This document shows, one piece after another, positions 10,005 through 19,434 of a stretch of DNA of 64,000 bases. Position 1 is the first letter of the stretch. Every line of letters begins with the position of its first letter. The position numbers and the translations under genes are program-made. The stretch is from Candidatus Cloacimonadales bacterium (lineage in GTDB: Bacteria > Cloacimonadota > Cloacimonadia > Cloacimonadales > JAFGVF01): contig CAXXOU010000003.1 of NCBI GenBank assembly GCA_963677495.2, forward strand, positions 352,001 to 416,000. The letters are read 5' to 3'. The notes under the pieces were generated by a model. That model made no database searches. It saw only the letters and a list, made by a program, of their open reading frames with translations, and had not been told where the DNA came from.

Positions 10005-11261
10005 TTATTTATTTTTTATTCCTTTAAACCATTGAATTATCGCTAAGAACAGAGTAGCTGTTAAACCACCTGCAAAACCATTATTGTATAGATCTATACC
10101 ACCATGCCACGCTGCACTGCGTTCTACTAAAGATAGGTGTACAAATCCTGCTAAGATACCAACTATTGGGCCAAACTGACCGCTTAACGGTGCTAATGTA
10201 GTTACAAAAAGAGCTGCAAGAACAGGTCCCGGTGCGTTTAAACCTTTCCCATAAAGGAGAGTTGCGATTATAACTCCAATAACGCAAGGGATAGTATTTT
10301 TAAGATGCTTACCAAAAGTGGCGAAGCCAATAACCGTAAACAGTCCACCAATAACAGGTCCATTTAAAGGTGCATTTACTAGAAGCAAGTATCCGGTAAA
10401 AACAAGTCCCAGAATACCGGCATTCACTAAAGCTGATCCCGGAGTTATTAAGGACATAAAATCTGTTGGTAGTCGTCCGGATAACTTCATAATCTTGATA
10501 AGATTTTTAAATAGTTTAGGTCCATCCATGATAGCACCCCAAACCAGAAGAAGTAGTGATATTGCAGGCGTTAAAAGAACTAATGCAATGTGAGGTTCTG
10601 TATTCCAGATAACGTTAATTCCAATATTTTGCTTTGCTCCTACTAGGAATGAAGCAAAGAAAAGAGCTATAAAACCACAGGCAAGACCAATGTTATAGAG
10701 GTTAAATCCTTCATGCATTCGTAGCATAGCAACACCAATACCGGGGAGTATGAAACCTGCAACAGTACCACTAATAATACCAAGTAGCATTCCTAAAGGT
10801 CCGGTAAAACCTGATTCGAACAGAATATAGCTAACTAATGGACCTAGTGCTGTACCAAAAAGAGCAAAAAGAAGGTAACTACTAAAAGCTTTTTTGGTTA
10901 CTTTGCTTGCAATAAAAACACCTAAAACAATTGGTAACGCGTTGAGAGGAGTCTTTCCGAAAAGACTAAAGCCAACAATTGTAAAGAACGCGGCAATTGT
11001 GGGTCCAGATAAGCTGACTCCGGCAAGTTTGATTAAGAGTAAAGACAGAAATCCCATTATCCCCGCATTAACAAGAGCTCCCCCAACACCACCTATGGAT
11101 GTAAAATCATTAATTAATCTTGCAGCGTGAGTTTGGATAGTTATAAATCCTTGAAGACTTGGGATAACTCCATCAATTACAAATCCCAGTACAATAATTC
11201 CCAAAGCGCAAATCGACATAAGTAGATAGTTCTTCTTCTCGTAAACAAGCATAGTCTGCAT
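10005..11261 (-). CDS. DUF1576-family multi-pass membrane protein
   Basis: Internal duplication with 'GFSLFGK/GFATFGK', 'TALGP/TTLAP' and 'H.G.NLYN.G' motifs. Confidence 0.8.
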   Translation of the reverse strand: MQTMLVYEKKNYLLMSICALGIIVLGFVIDGVIPSLQGFITIQTHAARLINDFTSIGGVGGALVNAGIMGFLSLLLIKLAGVSLSGPTIAAFFTIVGFSLFGKTPLNALPIVLGVFIASKVTKKAFSSYLLFALFGTALGPLVSYILFESGFTGPLGMLLGIISGTVAGFILPGIGVAMLRMHEGFNLYNIGLACGFIALFFASFLVGAKQNIGINVIWNTEPHIALVLLTPAISLLLLVWGAIMDGPKLFKNLIKIMKLSGRLPTDFMSLITPGSALVNAGILGLVFTGYLLLVNAPLNGPVIGGLFTVIGFATFGKHLKNTIPCVIGVIIATLLYGKGLNAPGPVLAALFVTTLAPLSGQFGPIVGILAGFVHLSLVERSAAWHGGIDLYNNGFAGGLTATLFLAIIQWFKGIKNK

Positions 11262-11392
11262 TTATCCTTTCTTTATGGTTACCTTTTAGAATGCAATATT
11301 ACACTATTTTAGATATGATGTCAATTTATTGATTAACTTTGATTATGTATTATCTAACATTGACTGCTTCTAAAGTTCGTATACAAAGAATA

Positions 11393-11418
11393 AGAAGCCA
11401 CCTTGCAAGATGGCTTCT
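11393..11418 (-). terminator. intrinsic terminator after the APH-RIO gene
   Basis: AGAAGCCA...TGGCTTCT hairpin followed by a T-rich tract on the minus strand. Confidence 0.7.
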
Positions 11419-11442
11419 AAGAATCAATAGCACCTTAAATCA

Positions 11443-13128
11443 TTAACAATATCCATACCTAGGTTTCCAGAAACCTTTTGCGATTTCATCCGGGTTTGCC
11501 TCAATATCATAACGCTTGAAATATTTACACACATTTACTATATCTCTAACCAGCAAATCGTATGCATATTGATTTACTGAAGGGTTAACTGCTTGAGGAA
11601 AGTCAATGATGTATGGTTCCTCTTCATGATATAGGATGTTATAAGCAGATAGATCACCATGAACAATTCCATATTCAAGCATCGTTTCTATATCATCCAA
11701 TAACTTAGTGAATACTATCTTAGCTTCATCTTTAGTGAGTCTCGTATCTTTGAGTAATGAAGAGCACAAGTCCTGTTCTCCTAAGAACTCCATGACGATT
11801 GCATCATGTGTATGAGCAATTGGTTTAGGAACATTGACTCCAGCATCGTATAGTGTAGCTAATGTGTCATATTCATTACTCACCCAATTGGATCTTTCAG
11901 CATCTTGACCAACAGCAGTCTTCTTTCTAATAGCTCTTAGTAATCTTTGGTCCCACACTCTACCTATATGATATACTTTATCACGTTTGAAGTTCCTATA
12001 TTTCTTCTCTTTATACAATTTAACTGCCATGTACTCGCTATCCATGTTTTCATGTGATCTGCAACAAATGACGGTAGCTTCCTTTCCTTGTTTCACTACT
12101 CTGACGATATCTGATATTATCTTTTCATTATAGAAATCTACACAAGACTCACCATATCGCATCAGATCAGTTTTCATGACATTGTCAGAATTTAAGTACT
12201 TCAAGAAGATCGATTCATACAGCTTAACTCTCTCTAAATCAACCTCCGGTACAGAGTCTTTATTGAATCTCTGTCCAAGTTCACTCATGAAGTCAAGACA
12301 GCAAACAGTTGTATAAAAGTTAAGAATCTCTATCTTTCTAGGTTCCAGGTCATACTCATCTAACATGTAGTCAATATAGTCAGTATCACTACCTTGTGAA
12401 AGTAGTGCCATACGCGTCAAGGCAACATGGAAGAGTCTATCACCAAAGCATATATTATCAACATCAACTATACCCGTTAGCTTACCTTCATGGATAAGTA
12501 CGTTTTTAGTGGTTATATCATCAAGGAACGGTTTAGGTCTGATCCTATCTAAATAGTCACTGTACTTCTGTAGTTTAGAAAGAAGCTGTTCTGCATACTT
12601 AAGATCAAATATCCTTGTCTCTTCCAGTCTTCTTTTAGAACGCAAGATTGATTTGAAGACAACATCTTTCCAACTACTGTTTTCTCGAAGACTGCTGTCA
12701 TTGTAGCATTCAGCATATCCATAATAATCATTTTTCTGCAGTTTGGAAACAAGACTCTGAATACTAACTATCTCTCTTGCCAGAACTTGTTTCTGTTCTC
12801 CTGTCAGCTCATCATATACATAACATAAGTCTTTTCCGGGTAGTTTAGCAACAACCATGTATGGAAGCTTTTCATTTAAGTTATAGTGTAGTAGTTTTGC
12901 CAGTGGAAGGTCTAATCCTTTAAGATATTCATTCCAATAAACTCCACTTCTGATTAAAGACTCAGTACCTTCTCTTGCTATTCTGATTACGACTTCTTCG
13001 CCGTTACCGGACTTCACATTATAAACATAGTGACATAATCCTGTCGCTAATCTTTCAATCTCAATTATCTCTTCATTGTAGTGTCTTCTTATATATTTTT
13101 TTACTAACTCTATGTAGTTTGTTTTCAT
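11443..13128 (-). CDS. fusion of an aminoglycoside-phosphotransferase-like kinase (N-terminal) and a RIO1-family Ser/Thr kinase (C-terminal)
   Basis: N-terminal 'FLDDITTKNVLI..GIVDVD' APH-like motif. C-terminal GKEA, AVKLY, HGDLSAYNIL, IIDFPQAV RIO1 motifs. Confidence 0.85.
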   Translation of the reverse strand: MKTNYIELVKKYIRRHYNEEIIEIERLATGLCHYVYNVKSGNGEEVVIRIAREGTESLIRSGVYWNEYLKGLDLPLAKLLHYNLNEKLPYMVVAKLPGKDLCYVYDELTGEQKQVLAREIVSIQSLVSKLQKNDYYGYAECYNDSSLRENSSWKDVVFKSILRSKRRLEETRIFDLKYAEQLLSKLQKYSDYLDRIRPKPFLDDITTKNVLIHEGKLTGIVDVDNICFGDRLFHVALTRMALLSQGSDTDYIDYMLDEYDLEPRKIEILNFYTTVCCLDFMSELGQRFNKDSVPEVDLERVKLYESIFLKYLNSDNVMKTDLMRYGESCVDFYNEKIISDIVRVVKQGKEATVICCRSHENMDSEYMAVKLYKEKKYRNFKRDKVYHIGRVWDQRLLRAIRKKTAVGQDAERSNWVSNEYDTLATLYDAGVNVPKPIAHTHDAIVMEFLGEQDLCSSLLKDTRLTKDEAKIVFTKLLDDIETMLEYGIVHGDLSAYNILYHEEEPYIIDFPQAVNPSVNQYAYDLLVRDIVNVCKYFKRYDIEANPDEIAKGFWKPRYGYC

Positions 13129-13266
13129 TATTTCTCCGGTTAATATGATTAATTATATACTCAATTATATTTACTTCTCTTGTGTGTGTTGCAACATGTA
13201 CATTTCCATTCATTACGCTTAAGGCTTGCATTTTTACTCCTTTTGATGTGTTATCTTGTTAAATGT

Positions 13267-13404
13267 AAAGAAGCCTTTGGAACTATGTCCCAAAGGCTTA
13301 AAAATACTTTGGGATTAGACGTGTTCTTGCCTAATCCCAAGATTATATGTTACTTTTAAATCGTTGTGTCTGTCACTAATTCAAATACTAAAATGAGATT
13401 AGAC
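13267..13404 (-). promoter_or_regulatory. transcription attenuator (alternative hairpins plus terminator) in the leader of the APH-RIO gene
   Basis: Mutually exclusive stems GTCTAATCTCA / TTGGGATTAGGC / GTCTAATCCCAAAG / CTTTGGGA...TCCAAAGGCTT followed by CTTT. Confidence 0.75.
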
Positions 13405-13446
13405 TTACTTTGCTCTTGATTCCTTTTCGATTGATTTCATGTTCAT
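13405..13446 (-). CDS. leader peptide MNMKSIEKESRAK
   Basis: GGAGGA RBS at 13451-13456, directly downstream of the promoter. The stop codon abuts attenuator segment 1. Confidence 0.7.
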   Translation of the reverse strand: MNMKSIEKESRAK

Positions 13447-13477
13447 AAGTTCCTCCAATTCATTTAATATTTGTCCC

Positions 13478-13506
13478 AATATAAGGTTACATGCATTATT
13501 TGTCAA
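13478..13506 (-). promoter_or_regulatory. sigma70-type promoter TTGACA-N17-TATATT
   Basis: Near-consensus -35 and -10 boxes with 17-bp spacing. Confidence 0.8.
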
Positions 13507-13831
13507 GCAAAGAAGAGTTTGAAGAGTTTGAAGTCTTCGGACTTGCACCGCAACGATAGTGTACCGAAAACGGACTTCATCAATTGGTAGTATGACCGGA
13601 ACAGACATAACACAGTTAAATGATCAAGGAAGTCCGTTTTCGCTTCTCTTCGTTCAGCTCTGGCAAACTCCCTTGAGTATTTAGAAACAGTACAAAAGAC
13701 AGAGCAGTGTTTTAGTTGACAAGTTTCATTTATCACTAACAATATGCATATGATTGGCTTTGAGTATATTCCAGCTTGATTGGAATCAAGTCATGTTCAG
13801 TAACAGTTAAAAGGTTTAAGGGTATGAAATT

Positions 13832-16123
13832 ATGTCTTTAGATAATAGGCAAAAGATAACAGTAGAAGAGGATTCTGTAAAGGGATTGATTAATAAATAC
13901 ATAAAGTATATTTCCAGGACAAAGGCAGAAGATGAAGTCTATAAATGGAAATTGATTAAGGAATACGCAGGAAGACCCAATACTTATGCTAATGATTTTG
14001 CAAAGGAAGTAAAAGAAGTTAAGTTCGAGAACTTAATATGGGGTGTGGCTGGATCTGCCTTAAATACTCTGGCACAAAATAGACCGGAGAAGTTGCGATT
14101 TTTGTTTCAAAATCTATTCGATGAATCTATTGATTTAACAGAGCGAGTTATTGCTTTTAGCGAAGGAACGTTAAACCTTTACCATGAATTCGATGTGACA
14201 AAAAAGAGCTTTCAAGGTGAAAGGGAGATGTCTGTCTATTTAACTTACCATAATCCAGAAAAATATACATTTTATAAATCCTCATACTATGTAAAATATT
14301 GTAAGCTTATTGGGGTTAAACCTGCAAAAACAAATGAAAAATACGCTCATTATCTAACTTTGATTGATGAACTGATAGAGAAGTATATTAAAAATAATAC
14401 TGAGTTAATTGAATTAGTTAAATCTATCATCCCTGAGTATTATGCTGGTTCAAACCATAAAGTCTTAGCACAAGATATTTTGTATCAAACATTGGATAAC
14501 AATAAAGATATTGTATCATTCGAAGTAATTAAAGATAAGTTTGATGATGATGTATTCAATACCTATATTAAGTATTTACGAAACATTGTATCACGCCTTA
14601 ATATAGGACAAAACGATGATAGAGTTGTGTTTAGTGTTAGAACTGATAGATTAAGCTTTACTGTAGGACAACGATACTGTTTAAACATCTTCCTTAATAA
14701 TCCAAAAGGAATTTATGGGGTTATATCTAAAGATAAATTACTTGAGAATAGTGAAACCTATGATGGAGCTCAACCGGTTCCATATTACAGCTACTTTGAT
14801 GATTTTAATCCTAGCCAAAAAGATTTGGAGTCCATTATCTCTGCAGTAAAAAATGAATTGGATCATACAACAAAATCAAGCTTTAAAAAATACAATGATG
14901 AAAGTTTTGAGAACTATGTATATCAAGGTATCTCTACAATTAGGAGTTTAGACAATATGAACTACCCACTAAATACAATCTTCTATGGTCCTCCGGGAAC
15001 AGGTAAAACATATAACACAATCCTAAGAGCTGCTGAGATAATTGAAAACAGACGAATAGATTCCTTTAGTAAGGCATTAGAGATATACAAAGAGAACCTT
15101 CACGAGCAGATAGAGTTTATAACTTTTCATCAGAACTATAGTTATGAAGACTTCATCCAAGGTTTAAGGCCTGATACTGAAAATGATAGTAATCTAACTT
15201 TTGAGAGGAAGGATGGTATTTTTAAAGAGATTGCAGATAAAGCGTTAAAGAATATCAATGACTCAGAAAGGTCACCTATTGCTAAGAAATCTTTTGAGGT
15301 TGCTTTCAATGAATATGTAAGTCCTCTTATAGAGGGAGATGTTGAGGAAATCGAAGTTCAGATGAAACGAGTCTCTTATTATATAACAGCAGTTACTAAT
15401 AAATCTATTCAATTTAGAAAGGATAGTGGCGGAACAGCCCATACATTGAGTATTAGCACTCTAAAGAAAATGTATGAAGCAGAATCTGTTTTAGATATTC
15501 AAGGTCTTTCTTCGTATTATAAACCACTTTTGAGAGTACTTCTTAGTATTGGTAAAGATTCTTCCGGTAAAAAGCAAATTGTACAAAAGAAAAACTATGT
15601 TCTTATCATAGACGAGATAAACAGAGCCAATATATCAAGAGTATTTGGCGAGCTTATCACTCTGATAGAACCGGATAAACGCTCGCATGGAGCATTCCCT
15701 TTAAAAGCGAAGTTGCCATCCGGAGAGTTGTTCATTATACCTTCGAACTTATACATCATTGGTACTATGAATACAGCTGATAAGTCAATTGCTTTATTGG
15801 ATATTGCTCTTAGAAGAAGGTTTGATTTTGAAGCGATGTATCCTAAATACGATATACCGAATCAAGAGATATATGATGTTGATATTCTTAAGAAGTTAAA
15901 CGAAAAGATTATCGAGTCTAAAGGACACGATTTCCAAATTGGGCACTCTTACTTTATGGATAAAGACATGGATCTGCTTCAAAGAATGAACAAGAAAGTG
16001 ATTCCATTACTTTTGGAATACTTTATGAATGATGAAAAAGAGGTTAGGGCAATACTTCAGTCCGCAGGCTTAATCATCGAAAAGGGTTCATGGCCTATTA
16101 GAATAATCGGTAAGAATGAATAA
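13832..16123 (+). CDS. mcrB: McrB-family AAA+ GTPase, modification-dependent restriction subunit
   Basis: GPPGTGKT, TFHQNYSYEDF, IIDEINRAN, GTMNTADKS and ALRRRF motifs. Confidence 0.93.
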   Translation: MSLDNRQKITVEEDSVKGLINKYIKYISRTKAEDEVYKWKLIKEYAGRPNTYANDFAKEVKEVKFENLIWGVAGSALNTLAQNRPEKLRFLFQNLFDESIDLTERVIAFSEGTLNLYHEFDVTKKSFQGEREMSVYLTYHNPEKYTFYKSSYYVKYCKLIGVKPAKTNEKYAHYLTLIDELIEKYIKNNTELIELVKSIIPEYYAGSNHKVLAQDILYQTLDNNKDIVSFEVIKDKFDDDVFNTYIKYLRNIVSRLNIGQNDDRVVFSVRTDRLSFTVGQRYCLNIFLNNPKGIYGVISKDKLLENSETYDGAQPVPYYSYFDDFNPSQKDLESIISAVKNELDHTTKSSFKKYNDESFENYVYQGISTIRSLDNMNYPLNTIFYGPPGTGKTYNTILRAAEIIENRRIDSFSKALEIYKENLHEQIEFITFHQNYSYEDFIQGLRPDTENDSNLTFERKDGIFKEIADKALKNINDSERSPIAKKSFEVAFNEYVSPLIEGDVEEIEVQMKRVSYYITAVTNKSIQFRKDSGGTAHTLSISTLKKMYEAESVLDIQGLSSYYKPLLRVLLSIGKDSSGKKQIVQKKNYVLIIDEINRANISRVFGELITLIEPDKRSHGAFPLKAKLPSGELFIIPSNLYIIGTMNTADKSIALLDIALRRRFDFEAMYPKYDIPNQEIYDVDILKKLNEKIIESKGHDFQIGHSYFMDKDMDLLQRMNKKVIPLLLEYFMNDEKEVRAILQSAGLIIEKGSWPIRIIGKNE

Positions 16124-17504
16124 TCTCTTTGAGTATCGTAACAAAATAAAGTTTCAAGATAGTTTCGAAGGCTTAGAAAGCTTTCTTGATGAGATTTGGA
16201 ACAATCGTGATAAGAATTCCTTCTTTAGAAACAATGATGAAGATACGATAGAATCTCAAAGATTCATACAGTTTATCCACAAAACCAGTGAGTTAAAATC
16301 TAATAAATATGTTGGTGTAATTCACTATAAAGGCCAAAGGATAAATCTGTTACCAAAGATATTTTATGATTCCGAGAAAGAATACTCTGACAATCATATA
16401 TATCAGATCCATAATCACATTCTCTGGTGGTTAAGTTATTGTCGCAAAATCAAGTTTCCAAGCTACCAAACCACTTTGGGAAATAAAGAAAGTGATTTCT
16501 TTGAAGTCTTAATCTATCTCTTCTCCAAATACACTCGAAAACTCTTAAATTCCTCTATCTATCAGCAGTATCAGGAAGTTAATCGTGAGCTTTCGTATAT
16601 AAAAGGAAGACTTAATACTACCGGATATATCAATGAGAATGTGAGTAGAGGGAATTGGCATAAGCTCAATTGTACTTATGATGCATTTGTCATTGATAAT
16701 GAGTTCAATCGGATAATTAAATATGTTACAACCCTACTATTCAATGTTGCTACTAGGCAAGAGAATAAGAAGAATTTAAGAGAGATTCTGTTCATTTTGG
16801 ATGAGGTCACCGATGAAAGAGTCACTGCTGAGCAGTGTTCTAGAATTTCTTTTAATCCAATGTTTGGTGAGTTTGAAACTGTTAGAGACTATTGTCATTT
16901 ATTCCTTTCTAACAGCGTTTCTTTCGATTATAAGAATGATCTAAAGCTCTTTGCCTTTCTCTTACCTATGGAGTATGTCTTCGAAGACTTTATCTTCGGG
17001 TTTATTGATAAAGAGTTACCGGACATATCTGTAAAAGCTCAAAGAGGTGATACCTTCTTAGATATAGACAAAACATTTAAGATTAAACCGGACTTATGGA
17101 TTGAAACAGAAGACTTATCATTGATTGCTGATGCAAAGTATAAGATTATCTATGAGGATAACAGTGATCCCAAGAAAGGCATTTCTCAACCAGATCTTTA
17201 CCAGATGCTTGCCTATGCTGTAAGGTTTAAGGTGTGCAATATAATTCTGTTTTATCCAAGTACTGTTATACAAGATCAAGAAGAAGAAACTGAAATCATA
17301 ATTAAAGATACACTTGCATTAGAGAAAGAAGTTAAAATAAAGGTACATCAGTTACCAATAATAAATATCCCTCTATTGGAGACAAAGATAAGTTCAAATG
17401 TTGATATAAAAGAATTGTTTAAACCAACGCGCGACAATTTAGCTAATAAAATAAGAAGTATTCTCACTCAAATATGTAATAAACAGTCAATTGATTCCAA
17501 TTAA
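16116..17504 (+). CDS. mcrC: McrC-family restriction nuclease subunit
   Basis: Overlaps mcrB. YVGVI..I.LLPK, MEYVFEDFI, KPDL..IADAKYK and DLYQMLAYA motifs. Confidence 0.92.
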   Translation: MNNLFEYRNKIKFQDSFEGLESFLDEIWNNRDKNSFFRNNDEDTIESQRFIQFIHKTSELKSNKYVGVIHYKGQRINLLPKIFYDSEKEYSDNHIYQIHNHILWWLSYCRKIKFPSYQTTLGNKESDFFEVLIYLFSKYTRKLLNSSIYQQYQEVNRELSYIKGRLNTTGYINENVSRGNWHKLNCTYDAFVIDNEFNRIIKYVTTLLFNVATRQENKKNLREILFILDEVTDERVTAEQCSRISFNPMFGEFETVRDYCHLFLSNSVSFDYKNDLKLFAFLLPMEYVFEDFIFGFIDKELPDISVKAQRGDTFLDIDKTFKIKPDLWIETEDLSLIADAKYKIIYEDNSDPKKGISQPDLYQMLAYAVRFKVCNIILFYPSTVIQDQEEETEIIIKDTLALEKEVKIKVHQLPIINIPLLETKISSNVDIKELFKPTRDNLANKIRSILTQICNKQSIDSN

Positions 17505-17622
17505 TACTTTTAGGCACAAGTTCATAGATAAAACTGGTTTGAAATTGAAGTTGTTTTCCTAATTATAAGTGTTATACTAATAATAGTATATACACAATGA
17601 ATTAGACAAGGGAAAAATATAA

Positions 17623-18789
17623 GTGAGAAAGTATTTATCTGTAGTTGCTTCTTTTATCATAATGCTCTGCATAGGGGGGATATATTCCTGGAGTATTATT
17701 GCATCAGAGTTAATCAGTGAGATTGGCTTTACTGCCTTACAGACCCAGATAATATTCGGAGTTGTCATTGCTACTTTCCCAATTACAATGATATTTACGG
17801 GTCGATATAGTCATAAGATAAAGTACAAGTTCTTTGGATTTATCGCCGGCATATTGTTTTTGCTTGGATATCTCTTAGCAAGTTTCTCAAAAGGCAACTT
17901 CATACTTGTAACTTTAGGTATCGGATTACTCAGTGGAGTAGCAACAGGTACCGGATATTGGGTTTCTCTAACATCCCCTGTACAACTATTTCCTGAAAGA
18001 AAAGGACTCATAACAGGCATAGCTGCTGCAGGCTTTGGCTTAGGAGCTGTTTTCATGTCATCTGTCTTCGAGTTCTTTATTGATCATGGTTATTGTGTTC
18101 TTGAGATAATGAGGAGAGTGGGTATAATCTATGGTCTTACTATATTTTTTGCATCATTCCTTATATATCAAGATCAAAACAGATCTGATGGAAATGATAA
18201 AGAAGTTAATACATCCCGATTTCTGACATCCCCTGTATTCAGAAAGCTCATAATAGGTATCTTCTTAGGTACTTTTGCCGGTTTACTGATTATCGGTAGC
18301 TTAAGAATAATCGGGGGGCAATACGGAATCTCGAAACACAATCTGATCATTGGAGTATCTGTTTTCGCAGCAGCTAACTTCTTAGGAAGATTGATATGGG
18401 GATTGTTAAGTGACTATTTAGGTGCAAGTTTAAGCATTTTCTTAGCACTACTCCTGCAAGCAGTTTCAATTATATCCTTAAACTTAATACCTTTGAATGA
18501 TGTATGGTACTTAGTGCTGTCAGCACTAATCGGTTTTGGATTCGGTGGAAACTTCGTTCTCTTTGCTAAAGAAACTGCCCACGTATTCGGTGTTAAAGAC
18601 TTAGGAGTTATCTACCCATATATATTATTAGGATACGCAACTGGTGGGATTGCCGGTCCTTTTGTTGGTGGTGTTCTATATGACATCTCAGGTTCGTATA
18701 AGACATCAATCTATCTTGCCAGTACAATGAGTCTGATTGGGAGTTTGCTGTTCCTAAACAATTATGTGAAAAGAAGAATAACTAAGTAA
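17623..18789 (+). CDS. MFS transporter, OFA (oxalate/formate antiporter-like) family
   Basis: 12 TM; GGIYSWS, FPERKGLITG..AAGFGLG and NFLGRLIWGLLSD motifs. Confidence 0.85.
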   Translation: MRKYLSVVASFIIMLCIGGIYSWSIIASELISEIGFTALQTQIIFGVVIATFPITMIFTGRYSHKIKYKFFGFIAGILFLLGYLLASFSKGNFILVTLGIGLLSGVATGTGYWVSLTSPVQLFPERKGLITGIAAAGFGLGAVFMSSVFEFFIDHGYCVLEIMRRVGIIYGLTIFFASFLIYQDQNRSDGNDKEVNTSRFLTSPVFRKLIIGIFLGTFAGLLIIGSLRIIGGQYGISKHNLIIGVSVFAAANFLGRLIWGLLSDYLGASLSIFLALLLQAVSIISLNLIPLNDVWYLVLSALIGFGFGGNFVLFAKETAHVFGVKDLGVIYPYILLGYATGGIAGPFVGGVLYDISGSYKTSIYLASTMSLIGSLLFLNNYVKRRITK

Positions 18790-18852
18790 TTGGATTATCT
18801 ATATTCTTCAATTTCTCGATTTGAAAAGCAGATATAAGCCTATCGAATCACT

Positions 18853-18983
18853 ACCCAATCCGGCAAACCCTCCCGTAGCCCACACGAAGATCTCCCGTAG
18901 GTCTCCCGTAGCTACTTACGAGTGGCGTACGTATCGGGTATCAATTAACTACTTGAGAGAGTACCGCTTTGGGCACATTGGGT
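18853..18983. repeat. degenerate inverted 11-bp-phased array (CCCGTA / TACG cores)
   Basis: CGTA/CGAA at 18874/18885/18896/18907; TAC/TAT at 18917/18928/18939/18950; ends ACCCAAT...ATTGGGT. Confidence 0.65.
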
Positions 18984-19091
18984 CTGTAAACATCCCTGTT
19001 CGCGCCCCTTTTTTACGTATTCTTTAAATTAACAATAGATATTGACTATCTTATGTTAACACTGAATAGCTATACCTTAACTTTTATACCC

Positions 19092-19176
19092 GACCTCGGG
19101 TTAACCACGGGACTCCCATAGGTTGACCACGGCTTCCGTGGTTTGGGCGTGTTTTAGGCGTAGTTTGTCCTTGGAT
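19092..19176. repeat. inverted 11-bp-phased array (CCACGG / CCGTGG cores)
   Basis: Left cores at 19094/19105/19116/19127; right cores at 19136/19147/19158/19169. Confidence 0.75.
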
Positions 19177-19434
19177 GACTAACAGTCATTTACTGGACTG
19201 CTATCAGTATTCGCATTGAGTTGCGTTCCTATTAATTATATCCTGTCTTACTTTTGAAGTATAGAGGTCTGTCTTGACAAGTCAGCAAGTTAATCGCACT
19301 AGATAGCATAAACAGCGTAGAATAACACCACCAGTTACTTTTTTCTTCCTTGACAAACTATTGTCTTAAGCAGTTTTATATCGTATAATGCAAGAATTGT
19401 AAACTAAAGTTTTGAAATACTTAGAGGAGATAAT

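Noticed and set aside
13405..13742. 67-aa and 79-aa ORFs upstream of the APH-RIO gene
   Set aside because: They span a promoter and repeats and lack an RBS. Only the last 13 codons (the leader peptide) are supported.
18821..19027. 68-aa ORF after the MFS gene
   Set aside because: It runs through the phased repeat array, starts at TTG without an RBS and has no recognisable motif.
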